From Asterias rubens (taxonomy: Eukaryota): a stretch of DNA of 64,000 nt. Every line of letters starts with the position of its first letter. Positions within the stretch are counted from its first letter, which is position 1. Where the stretch lies: the NCBI RefSeq assembly GCF_902459465.1, contig NC_047083.1:1302001-1366000 (forward strand), given 5' to 3'. Positions 1 through 33,300 of the stretch are shown here, piece by piece. The position numbers and the translations under genes are program-made. Under the pieces are notes generated by a model. The model made no database searches and was not told the DNA's origin. It saw only the letters and a list, made by a program, of their open reading frames with translations.

Positions 1-734
1 AAAAAAAAAAAAATCATAAAATTAATAAATATTTAGCCTAGCAAAGTGAATTTCAAACGTATGAAACAAACGTAACTTTGCTATCTTTATTTCTGATTTG
101 TACTTCAAAGGATTTTTTTAACTTCTGTGGTGTGTACATCAGGTTGCAACAACTGTGACTACCCCTTTCTCCTAACATGGAGTACCCCTCTTAATCAGCA
201 ATGCACCAACCCCAGACCATACCAATATGTAATAACAGGGGTGTTCTTACCTCTTTGAAGGTGGTAAGTGCTTGTATGTGATGTTTAAAGTAAGCATGGA
301 AGAGGCTTGTCAGTATGGCCTTACCCCCTTTTCCAAAGTAGACTACCCGTCTTTATCAGCAAAGCACCAACCCCCAGATCAAACTATTCTGTTATAAGAG
401 GGGTGTTCTTACCTCTTTGAAGGTGGTAAGTGCTTGTATGTGATGTTTAAAGTCAGCATGGAAGAGGCTTGTCAGTATGGCCTTACCCCCTTTTCCAAAG
501 TAGACTACCCGTCTTTATCAGCAAAGCACCAACCCCAGATCAAACCATTCTGTTATAAGAGGGGTGTTCTTACCTCTTTGAAGGTGGTAAGTGCTTGTAT
601 GTGATGTTTAAAGTCAGCATGGAAGAGGCTTGTCAGTATGGCCTTACCCCCTTTTCCAAAGTAGACTACCCCTCTTTACCAGCGAAGCACCAACCCCAGA
701 TCAAACCATTCTGTTATAAGAGGGGCGTTCTTAC

Positions 735-22238
<21,504 letters not shown>

Positions 22239-22812
22239 AGTTGAAATTTACGATCACTCAAATCTCGTTTTGAGTTCCGAGTTGCTGATCTGGAAGGAAT
22301 AGAAAACAAAAAAATGAAGATGATCAAAGTGATGAAGATGTCAACAATAAGATCTAAATCAGGATTGAATCAAAACACAACGAAACAATCGTCAGGAAGT
22401 ATCATATTAATTAGTCTTAGCATCCTGTCACCTGTTTCAATCAGTCGCTGTTTACAGATGTTTTAATTAGTTAAGTTATATTGTCATGTCTGGAAGCAAA
22501 ATGGCCTTTAATTGTTACATGCAGGCATGATATTTGGTCCTTGGAAAGAAATAGGAAAATTGTATCGAGCACAAAGGCTGGCCTACAATGTACATTTGTG
22601 TACACATGATGCTCTTATAGACTTTTAAGACCTTATTGATGACAAATTTTTTACGATTTTTTCCAAGGGGAAAAACAAAATTGGAATACGCATTTGTCAA
22701 AGCAAAGATTCCCTGTTAACCAGTAAAATACTCAACAGTATCAATCAGCGGACACAAATCATAAAATACTGTTTAGTTTATTTTGCTAAGATGAACAAAA
22801 CTGCTATATATA

Positions 22813-23009
22813 GAAAGGTTTGCGGTAATACCATGTAATGACTATCTCTAATGAGTTGGGGTGGTTCTGAAAAGAACTGTTGGTTTCAACTCGATGTTTC
22901 GATCTTCTGGGAAAAGGGAAAAAAAAAAGAGAAAAAAAAAAAAGGTTCTTTTCAGAACCACCCTAACTCATTAGAGATAGTCATTACATGGTGTTACCGC
23001 AAACCTTTC
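22813..23009. mobile_element. Foldback of a Penelope-like element terminus
   Basis: 65-nt inverted arms 22813-22877 and 22945-23009. The same GGTTTGCGGTAACACCATG end occurs at about 11015-11060, with a relative near 43190-43290. Penelope assignment is inference. Confidence 0.55.
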
Positions 23010-23023
23010 ATCGTATTTCCACC

Positions 23024-23178
23024 ATAGACCTTTTCGCAAATACCGGGGCGCGCGCGTAAAGCTTGGAATAAGGTACATTGTGGTCCAGCTGGTATCCAAA
23101 TTTGATCCATATCTATCCCACAATGCACCTCATTCAACAGTCTGCGCTTGCGCATTGGTATTTACGATAAGGTCTATG
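23024..23178. mobile_element. Small MITE
   Basis: TIR ATAGACCTTTTCGCAAATACC / GGTATTTACGATAAGGTCTAT. Confidence 0.7.
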
Positions 23179-23559
23179 CAAAGTTTCAAATCCTACTTAA
23201 CAAAATTGCTGGAAGAAGTTGTTCCTAGAGCCTGAGCACATTGCTGGGTTCTCACTTCAGTGGTCCACTGACCAAAATGTGAGTTAAAACACCTAGACAT
23301 GTAAGGACATGTTCAAAAGCATCTTTTTTAAAACTATGAATTATGGGCAAGTGCAAATGCTGACATACCAGTGAAATGAAGAGCTACATTAGATTTCAGC
23401 CCTGCTGGCTTGGTTAGTCACTGAAAAAGGTTTTAAAAGGGAAAACCCTGCAGTGTACAAGTGTTTGTAAACCCTCTTGCTGCAGTAGAAAATGTCCAAG
23501 GCTGAAGTAATTCATAAAGTACTCAACATAACAGCCACAAATATTTCCCCATCTGACAT

Positions 23560-23870
23560 GACACAACCATGACAACACAAATTCTCCGAAGAGTCTTCAT
23601 CCTGCTCCTCAAACACCACAAGAATGCCTAACTCTCAGTCACTATCACTGCATGTAGGTAATTTTCGCATGCTGGACCCACTCCCTGGAATGAGTTCAAA
23701 TTCGTAATATTTCTAGTGATGATACTTTTAAGATTAGTTTGAAAATTAGCTTGTTTAATATGGCTTAATCTGTTATATTCTTTGTCTGTTTTTTGTGCTC
23801 TTTCTTTACTGTGTGAGGATTCACTCTCGTGCACCTCGAGCACCTACTATTTGCTGGATTATTTGGCACC
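23560..23870 (+). mobile_element. Old L2/CR1-type LINE 3' relic
   Basis: Broken frame R*FSHAGPTPWNE resembles the RSFSYAGPTLWNSL motif. Confidence 0.4.
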
Positions 23871-24397
23871 TCATTTCTTATTTTGTCTGTTTAAGTATTT
23901 TTAATGTGCAATTTTATGTAATTTAATGTTTTTATCCATCCCGTCATTGGCACTTGCGCTGTTGGATTTGCTGAAATGAAATTAAAAAATTATAATGTCT
24001 CCACTCCCTGACATTCTGAGATGACACTGCTTTCAATCTCAGCTGATGAACGTTATCGGATCGCCTACAAAAGTCAAGGGTGGTCGACCCAGCATCACAG
24101 GGATTTACCAGCATGTGGGATTCAGAATTTCTAAAGGAGTAGATACTTTAAACTCATTATAGAGTAGAGATCCAATGGCAATCAGATTAGGGATAAAAAG
24201 ATCAAATTCATTTCCGACTTGAACTCTTATTATTTTGCATGACAATTTTGAAGTAAATGGCTCATTGCAAACATTTAACACCTGCTTCATAAAGGCTAAG
24301 ACCAAGTCCAAACTGGCATTTTTAAAAAAATTTTTTAAGAACGATCACCTTACATCTCAAGGTTGGGTGGCCACTTCAGAGAGAGGGCTACACTGAA

Positions 24398-24794
24398 CTG
24401 GGGTGCGTTCCACTCGCGCAAACGTTGCCAACAGTTGCGCACGTTCGCCAACAATTTCAAGTGGAACGTTGGCGAACGTTGGCAACTTTAGGCGAACATA
24501 CTTCTGAGGTGTTGGCGAGTGATTTTTAAAATGGCGGACAAGCATACGGTATTATTTCTTTGTTACAAACATAATTACATTGTATTTTCGCTGGATGATA
24601 ATGCAGATTTGGAATAACAAAGTCAATTATTTGATGTAATGATGTCAAAAAGAGGACTATTGCAGCAAAATAAAGTTTAAAAAAACTATGTATGGTGCGC
24701 GCCATCTTCATTTCAGGGCGCCGCCATATTGACATCGCGTATACGCACCAATCGAACAGTTGCGAGTCGTTTGCGCGAGTGGAACGCACCCCAG
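24398..24794. mobile_element. Harbinger-like MITE
   Basis: TIR CTGGGGTGCGTTCCACTCGCGCAAACG / CGTTTGCGCGAGTGGAACGCACCCCAG. Confidence 0.8.
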
Positions 24795-25499
24795 ATTAGG
24801 GATACATGTCACTACCAAAATCAACTGCCGCCGGAGGCACGTTGCCACTCCTTGGGATCAAACAGGGTAACCTCCTTCACAGTCTGTAAGAATGAACATG
24901 TCATAAAACCCATTCACAACTTTCCCATGGATAGAAATTAAGATTTTGCTCTGTTTTCCACAAGGTAGACTACACAAAAGTACAACAAAAATCTGAACTC
25001 AAACAAAAGTCTGAAATTTCTCATTCCTGTAAAATAAACAATCACCTTCAAATAAATTTCCAAACATTTTCCCTGCATTAATAAATAAAATAGCACACAC
25101 CTAGAAACCTAGAATCAAGGCCTGCAGTTAATTTTCTTTTCCGTCGGACGACAACAACATTGCAAGAAAGCCTACACATTACCCTTTCCAAGCTTATTAT
25201 TGCCAGCATACCCTCACCCCTTCGCACTCTGTCACACCCCCCCCCCTCCCTCGCCCCTCATATATAATTAAAAATATAAACACCAATAATAAAGGCACAC
25301 TAGAAACAAAGGTGACACTTCTATCACACACACAGAGCTCTCTGTGAATATTTGTTTGTATTCCTCAAGGAGATTCTGTTTGGCTGCATTTATTATCAGC
25401 CCACGAAGTCGGTGAGTCATACTTGCGAAGCAGTCGATTACTCCTCAGTCAAGCTTCGTCCGTCAGTCCGTGAGAGACAGTGAGGGATGAATTCGTAGA

Positions 25500-25960
25500 A
25501 CATGCATTTTTATGATGATGTAATTTTGTATTGCATTGTGTATCATGATCCAATGGTGTACTATCGTTGTTCTTCATTGCACATTAGACACCATGTGAAG
25601 AGAATGTAATCAGAACATCCAGATGTCTGAGCCCAATTTACACCAATAATCAGAGGCAACTGCTATTTTGATTGTCTCACATGCCCCTGGTCAACGTTGG
25701 TGCCCCTTGAAATGTTCAAGTGACCAGAACTTGGCATTTTTATGATGATGTAATTTCGTATTGCATTGTGTATCAATTGTGTAATGTCGTTGTTCTTCAT
25801 CGCACATTGAACACCATGTAGAGAGAATGTAATTATTCTACATTACAAGAATATCCAGAAGTCTGAGCCCATTTTAGACTGACTATCAGAGGCTTTTGTA
25901 GGCCTGTTATTTTACCTAAATGCCCCATTTAAACTTTGGTGCCCCTTGAAATGATCCAGT
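25500..25960. repeat. Diverged tandem duplication of about 230 bp
   Basis: GCATTTTTATGATGATGTAATT...GTCTGAGCCC...GGTGCCCCTTGAAATG present twice. Confidence 0.8.
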
Positions 25961-27698
25961 ATCTGGCCTGATGCTTTGTTTTGGAAAAGGCAGGGACACC
26001 AAGGGCACCAAGGCAAGTTTTCGTTTGTAAAGAGTGGACAATAAAGAATTTAATTGATTGGAAAGGGTACCTATACTGGAAAGTGGAAATTTCACATTTC
26101 TGTTGGACAATTTCAAGGAACATCAAGGCAATGACTTTAGTCAACAATAGCAGTTACCCTGCCATAAAAATAGAACCAGGGCATTGTGAATTTTGAAAAG
26201 GGCTTCAAAATTTGCTGTAAATACCAAAAACACATTTAAAAAAAATTTTTTTAAATTGTTTTAAAAGGGAGACCCCGACACCAACAAAAACTGATCTTCA
26301 AACAAAGTTTGCTGAATTTTTGTTTTTATAATAAGAGACATCTCTCTGAGTCTGACGACCATCAGAGTTTCCCGAGAAGGCGTCGGTTGAAGACATCCTG
26401 TCGCTCAACTGACTGTCTTACATACATTGTTATCTACTGTAAAGAGATTACTTTCTCTTGACAGTACTGAACACTTCATACACTGTTTAAACGCACAATC
26501 ATCATCGCTTGAAACATCCTACAGATTTTGAGGAATTTATACATAACATTTTTTTTTCCACTGAAAAGTCTGGAGAATAACTCAACTTCTGATCTACATT
26601 AACCTTAACTCTACAATACAATGTATTTTTACATCTACAAAATGTAATGTAAACCTGTTTTAAAAACGCAACGTGGGAAGGATATGAACAATACATTGTA
26701 CCATAGAGAATACTAACTAAAGAAAACCTGATCTACATACATGTGTGACCTCATGAGAGGTCATGATGAACATAATCACTCAAATTGTATAGCCAGTTCA
26801 AATCAATGCCCATTGTGTTTCGTTTTAATCCTCTGGATTAGTGCTAACTATACAATGCACCTGCTGAGCGACAATAATTGAGTTTACTGTTGCTGTTGTT
26901 CCTGAACCACATACATGACATATTAAAGGAACCTGCAGCCGATTTCACAAAATGCTAGGATCAATCCTATCCCGTCCTAACTTAGGATGGGTTCAATGCA
27001 TCCTACGCATTTGGATACGGAACTGAACCTGTCCTGCGTCCTAAGATTAATCCTTTAGTTTGTAGACCTGTCCTCAGTCATTTAATGTAGAGAACATGCT
27101 CTATACCCCCTGTTAGGGAGTGATGAGAAGAAAATTAACAGTCAATTATAAATTTCAAAATATTTTGTCTGCCAAATTCATCACGATGACTCTAGTATAA
27201 TCACAGACAAAAACTAATAAACAATATTTTAGGTCATGCCAAAATATTTCTGCTTCGACTAAAAATGCAAACATCAACAAATGTCCCCGTTGTTTATTTG
27301 TCAAGAAATTTGTCTTAAAAAAAAAACTGCTCCCAGAATAATGTACTGCAAACATGGAGAGGTTCGGTCCTGAAGAATAATATTTCAATGTGTTATGAGT
27401 TGGCATTCCAGCTCCATACATAATGTGACGCTAACAAGGATGGTTCCCTGCATGATTCACTGGTATAAATATAGACTGGAGTGGGGTTACCAGGAATGAA
27501 TGAATGGTCAGGTAGCTGCTGCTGACCACAGTCCAGACATACCACAGATGTTTACATAATCAAACTGTTAAAGAAATCTTGGAGCTAATCATTTTACAAT
27601 ACACGTATCCAGGCTTGTAGCTAGACAAATTTTAGTGGTAGGCTGTATTCAATTTTTTGGGGAAATCCACCAAGGTGAAATGGATCAACAAAATTATT

Positions 27699-28200
27699 CA
27701 GTGCTAACACACATCGGTGTATGGGTGAAAACCAAAAGTTAATATTCTTTATCCCCGATGCAAATTTAACATCTATTACATCGTTGCGGTAGTCTAGTTG
27801 GCACGACACTGCTCTAGAATTGCAAGGGTCGTGGGTTCGAATCCAACCCGAGTAACATGCCTGTGATATTTTTTCACAGGACTCGGGGAAAGTACTGAGT
27901 ATACAGTGCTAACACACATCGGTGTATGGGTGAAAACCAAAAGTTAATATTCTTTATCCCCGATGCAAATTTAACATCTATTATATCGTTGCGGTATCCG
28001 CTGCCAAAACATAGGATTCGAACTGCCTCTAGCTACCGGGCAACCTCGGTAGTCTAGTTGGTAAGACACTGCTCTAGAATTGCAAGGGTCGTGGGTTCGA
28101 ATCCCACCCGAGTAACATGCCTGTTAATTTTTTTCACAGGAGTCGGGACAGTACTGAGTAGGCAGTGCTAACAGACATCGGTGTAATGGGTGAAAAACCC
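27699..28200 (+). mobile_element. tRNA-derived repeat, head-to-tail copies
   Basis: Cloverleaf-like CTCGGTAGTCTAGTTGGTAAGAC...GTGGGTTCGAATCCCACCCGAG (28045-28112) with A and B boxes. Dispersed copies at about 6700-6875, 7683-7890 and 47760-47880. Confidence 0.75.
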
Positions 28201-28683
28201 CAAAAACAAAAATTAAAACTATTCATGTTTAATTATGGGGCCATTATTGATAAAGTGCAAGCTTTAGGCATGTTGCCAGAAGGGGCCATACTATAAGTTG
28301 AACATTTTGAATCAATTACCTTTTAGAAACTGACTGTGTTCTTTCTCTGTGACATTTTGATGCTCCTTAAACATATCATTAGTTGTGTCTCAGATCAATG
28401 CAGTGGACAATGTTTTGACGTATTCTAGGGGAAATCTTTGCTGGGCGGCACGATGTATTTTGCTCAGAGTGCTGGGCAAAAGTTGTGAGTACTGGGCAGG
28501 CTCGCCCCCCATGGCTACATCACTGCACTCAAAATGAGTTAGGGACTTGTTACAAAGCAACCAACTGCATTGCATGCAAATGGAGCACTTTGAAAGACTT
28601 AAATATACCTTTATCATGCTGACTCCATCTTGGTCATGTTCCTCATATCAAATAACAATAATGCATGCTAATAATCATCTTGC

Positions 28684-28896
28684 GATTAGGAACCAGACTA
28701 ATTTGTTCTTCTAGCCTTGGTTTGTTAACATTGATATCAATGGCAGAAATTCAAGATTAGGAACCAGACTAATTTGTTCTTCTAGCCTTGGTTTGTTAAC
28801 ATTGATATCAATGGCAGAAATTCAAGATTAGGAACCAGACTAATTTGTTCTTCTAGCCTCGGTTTGTTAACATTGATATCAATGGCAGAAATTCAA
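28684..28896. repeat. 71-bp tandem repeat, 3 copies, inside a small dispersed element
   Basis: GATTAGGAACCAGAC at 28684, 28755 and 28826; single-copy homologue near 60135-60290. Confidence 0.9.
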
Positions 28897-29889
28897 GATG
28901 GCTGCACAGTGATAAAGGTGAAAGGTCAATTGAACCAATTTCTGTGGGTGCTGTTGGTTGATTCAAGGGTTGTGCTATGCATCTACTATATTTGTCTGAA
29001 CGGTAACACAGAACTTATGACTTCCGCTTAACCTTTCAACTGTTTCTGTCAATTCAAATCCGAACTACATGTGAGCCTATCTTTGTCTCTGCTGCGCCTT
29101 GAACATCTGTTTAGATTGGTTTAAAGCATTACAAATACCTAGTATGACTTATATTATTATCTGTAAAAGAAGCAATTATGTAACTTTGTCAACACACTTT
29201 CCAAGATCGGTCAGGATTAAAAAATAGAAAACACTATCTATTGCCACTCCGTCACAAAACTACAAACAACAGGTGTGGAGGCCTACAACGTAGAATGTTA
29301 ACAAAGATGTGTTAACAATTATTGTAGGGGATTGAAATAATGTATTACACATTTCGTGGGGGATTAAGATTAGACAGTTCGGCCAACAAAATGGATCAAT
29401 CATTCTCCCTGGATAACATCTGGGGCTAACATTTTGAAGAAAAGGAAGGTCCCAATTTAAAAACTTGTTATTAACCGTCTGCTTTGTGTAACTGTGAAGG
29501 TATGGAAACATGAATTTTAACATTGTTCTATGATTTTAACGTTAACAGTCAACTGATCAAACATCTCAACCCTAGTTTGTAGGTTGTTGAGGCTTGCACT
29601 ACTTTATGCTCTTAGTCGTTACAGTACCCATGTTTCTGGTTAGCAGAAATATTTTGTGCTTAGCTATTGTTTGTGCTGTCAGTAGCAGTTTTATGAAACA
29701 GGGTTCTGGGCCCAATTTAACAGAGCTGCTTAAAGCAGAAAATAGTGCATAACAATTTGCTGCTAAGCAAAACTAAGTAGAATACCAGTCACAAATCACA
29801 TTATGTGACATTATATTTTGGCTGGTAACCTTACATTAGTCTAGCAAGCCTTGTCGTGCTTAGCTACTATGGGCCCTGGTGGTGATAAT

Positions 29890-30155
29890 ATAGGGCCAAA
29901 TAAAATAAAAAACACGTTTAGCGTCCTCCCTTTCTGAAAAAAGGAATGAGGGCCCCCTTTTTTTTTTAAATGGATGCACAAAACATTTTTTAAGACTTGC
30001 GGCTCCGCTATTTTTTTTGAAACCTTTTAATTTGTTGCTGAGACGGTTAAATTATATGTTTTTTTTCCATTAAAATAAAATAACATAAAGGAGAAGGCCT
30101 CTAAAAAGGAAGCGGGCGGGGACGCTAAACATGTTTTTATTTTATTTTTTGCCTA
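29890..30155. mobile_element. Small MITE
   Basis: AAATAAAATAAAAAACACGTTTAGCGTCC inverted at the right end. Confidence 0.7.
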
Positions 30156-30834
30156 GAGTGCAAGAGAGACTCTTAAATTGCAGACGCAATCAAACACTAC
30201 TGCGCTCATCACCGGATACTCAGCGTATGTGAAAAAGTTATGAGTAACGCAGTTGCCTAATTTAATATCCTGAGTTTGAGAGTAAAGGATATATTTGTAT
30301 CCAGGTCTTTTTCTAAGCTGGGGTGTTGTTGCTGCGGAGCGAGTCACCGTGAACAGGTGTTCACTCGAGGTAAAACAAAAGCCAGAAAGTTGTGTAGATT
30401 GACAGTTGAAGAAAAAAAGGAAGAGTTTTGACAGAAATCATGGTCAAGACCGTGTGTAAAATGTACAACAAGGATAATTGGTCACATGCAAAGATAGGGG
30501 TGGAGTTAAGCACATTTCTATACCAAGTTTATATTTATTCATATATGCAGCCAAAATTACTGTCTCATTGGTTCATTTTCTCTTCAAAAATTTAAAAGCT
30601 TTAAACAAAAGTTGGCTTTAATTAACATTGCTTTCTTCATATTATTTTTAAAGAAATTTTGAAAGTCAAGTAAAACATTTAATATTTTCCATGTGGTTTG
30701 AAGATTCATTTGACTTTGAGCTCGACTGAGCGAGGCCGTGTCCGAATAGTAGCAGCCACACAGTTGGTTCGGCAGTGCATCATCATGCATTGATTGAAGC
30801 AGAGGACATCAAGTACATGTAGCATTTAATTTAA

Positions 30835-31212
30835 AGACAGTGGACACTATTGGTAATTGTCAAAGACTAGTCTTCACACTTGGTGTATCTCAACATATGC
30901 ATAAAATACCAAACCTGTGAAAATTTGAGCTCAATGGGTCGTCGAAGTTGCAAGATATTAATGAAAGGTAAAACACCCTTGTCACACGAAGTTGTGTGCA
31001 TTTAGATAGTTGATTTCGAGACCTCAAATTCTAAATCTGAGGTCTCGAAATCAAATTCATGGAAAATTACTTCTTTCTCAAAAACTATGTCACTTCAGAG
31101 GGAGCCGTTTCTCACAATGTTTTAGACCATCAACCTCTCCCCATTACTCGTCACTAAGTAAGGTTTTATGCTAATAATTATTTTGAGTAATTACCAATAG
31201 TGTCCACTGCCT
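30835..31212. mobile_element. MITE family A copy
   Basis: TIRs and TTAA flanks intact. Confidence 0.85.
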
Positions 31213-32087
31213 TTAAACCCTAGCTTCGCACCCTGGCTTCACAACAGTCCTAGCTGTAACCGCCAATTCCAAGACAATGACCCCTTCTTGCTCTTGCAGT
31301 CTTGGATTGCTTTATTTAAAATAAAAGTAGTCTAGCACCTTTTTGTTAATAACAAAATATTAATTTAATAGCGTACTTCCATGCAAACATTTTTTTAAAT
31401 AGATTCTATTAAAAAATATTACATTTTAGATAGAACTCGAAAAACCTCATCTGCATACCTCATTCAATATCAAATTATTGATGGTGAGATGTCCCATACA
31501 TAAACAACAACAAATTTACCACCAAGTGATTAGTTAGGCTTCCGACCAGGGGCATGACGAGGTCTAGGGGAGAGGGATCATTCTCATTCTCATCTCCTCT
31601 CGTAGTCTCGGGCTCGACCTCGTTCTTAAATCTTATCTTTTTTACAAAACAAAGGAAACACACACACAGAAAGGCAAAATAAATATGCGCGCTTGTTAAT
31701 GTATGAAGACAGGTTATCAATTACAAAACGCCACAAAGCCAGTCAGTATTTTGAAATAAAGTTTGTAAAAAAAAAAAAAAAATGTGGTTGGAGGAGCTAG
31801 TCTGGTAACCTCCTCTGTTTAAGTTGTCAGGATTAACTGTTAAATTTACACTAAATTAAAACTAAATTTAAAATTAAACTGTTAAATTTACACTATCCGG
31901 ACAAGAGAAGGCTGGGTGTCAGACATACCAGACGAAACACATCGCCCACTCCGCAAAATCCTGCAAAACGTCATTAAATAACCACAACGAAAAGTCAAAT
32001 TATAATTGAATGCATCCAAAATGGATGAAGAAATACTCCAAATGTACAAACAACTTCAAAATTATCAAAAAATGAATGATTTCTTAC

Positions 32088-33300
32088 CTTTGAAGAACGA
32101 TAATTATTGACAGACTGAGCTGCACTTCAAAACGTTACGTTGTTTTGGATCATCTTTCAAAAGGATATGCAGCCACGTGATCCAGTTTGCAGTTGTGATT
32201 GGTTTGCGAATCGATGACCTAATTTTTGTTCGTTAACCAATTATTGCCACGAGGTGGCGCTATTTACAATTAATGGTTGAGCTTTTCTTGTTATTGTTTT
32301 ACCCGTTTACCGTATATTTTGTTGCCTAGCTTTTTAAACTATTATGAGAAATAATTTCTGTATTTTTTGTAAATCTCAAATTGACCAATGATAAAGTAAA
32401 ACAATAAAGATTACTGTGCTTCCTTTCCCCATCCATCCATCCCACCCATCATTTTGCCAAGAAAATCCAGTCACTGAAACTAAACCTTTTCCATTCTCAT
32501 TTTATTTTCAAATTTTTAAGTTTTATTATTTTTTTTTTAAAATAGGATAATAACGGTTTTCTTTAAAGGGATCTTTAAGTGGTGGTTGGTTTCATTGTTT
32601 TGACAAGCGAACAAAATCAACATAAACATTGCAATAAAACATCAATCTGGTTATTTTGATTTCTCCATGATTGGTAATGTACATTTTTGAGGGGGGGGGG
32701 GGTAGGGTTGATGGGATGAGGGTTCGGTTCTATAGCTGCCTCAAAACTTTTGGCAAGCCTCTCTCATGGTCAGAAGAATAAGTCACAAAGGCGGAGCCAA
32801 TCAGCCAGACTGGGTCCTTGCATCCCACATGCTCCATGAGAAAAACTTTACTTGACTAATAATAATTGTGATGACAGCTAAAATATTTCTTAATGAAAAT
32901 CAACCAGTAAAATGATGAGTAACCAATTTTAGTTCAACAGCTTGACAAACAAAATTTCATATAGGTCACTTTTTATTAGTGCGATGTACAAAATGAACCT
33001 ATCATTTTTGTGGAACGCCCACAAACAAAACTTATTACTTGAAACAATAGAAAATCCAAGCGCTTCTACTAAAATAAATAGCGCCACCATGCGGTTAAAC
33101 GCGCTTATTCTTAATAATGTCGTCGTCCTCTCCACTTCGTCTGCTACAGATCTCCACAACAAAGATCGAGGATTTGATGGCATTTTCACTGGAAAGGAGG
33201 GAAGGAAATGTTGTAATTCCATTGCTTTTGTACAGTAGCTTAAGTACTCAAGCATAATTTTGATTACGTTGCATGGCCGTTTGTGAGGCCATTCGTCATG
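32088..33300. promoter_or_regulatory. Putative divergent promoter region for CKAP5 (minus) and PGAP4 (plus)
   Basis: Minus-strand donor CAAAG/GTAAGA at 32088, E-box CACGTG 32174-32179, CCAAT 32198-32202 (minus) and 32797-32801 (plus), RORE-like 32215-32225, CTCF-like TGCCACGAGGTGGCGCTA 32245-32262. Assignment to CKAP5 is inference. Confidence 0.4.

Noticed and set aside
25510-25870. ATGATGA...CTGA pairs resembling tandem C/D snoRNAs
   Set aside because: Opposite strand to the presumed host transcript, no terminal stem, and no recognisable rRNA or snRNA antisense element.
26355-26520. Minus-strand segment with C/D-like boxes, or a short terminal coding exon (DVSSDDDCAFKQC...)
   Set aside because: No recognisable guide or protein similarity and no upstream exon that links convincingly.
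28045-28112. Functional tRNA-Ser(AGA) gene
   Set aside because: Only a 5-bp acceptor stem, mismatched anticodon stem, no long variable arm, and embedded in a repeated unit.
32160-32170. U12-type ATATCCTTT donor on the minus strand (also near 30284-30292)
   Set aside because: About one such 9-mer is expected by chance in this AT-rich window; no matching branch site or AC acceptor found. All mapped introns are GT-AG.
33089-33238. 49-aa ORF with strong GCCACCATG context upstream of PGAP4
   Set aside because: Unknown whether it is transcribed; no homology; the sequence may just be a promoter motif.
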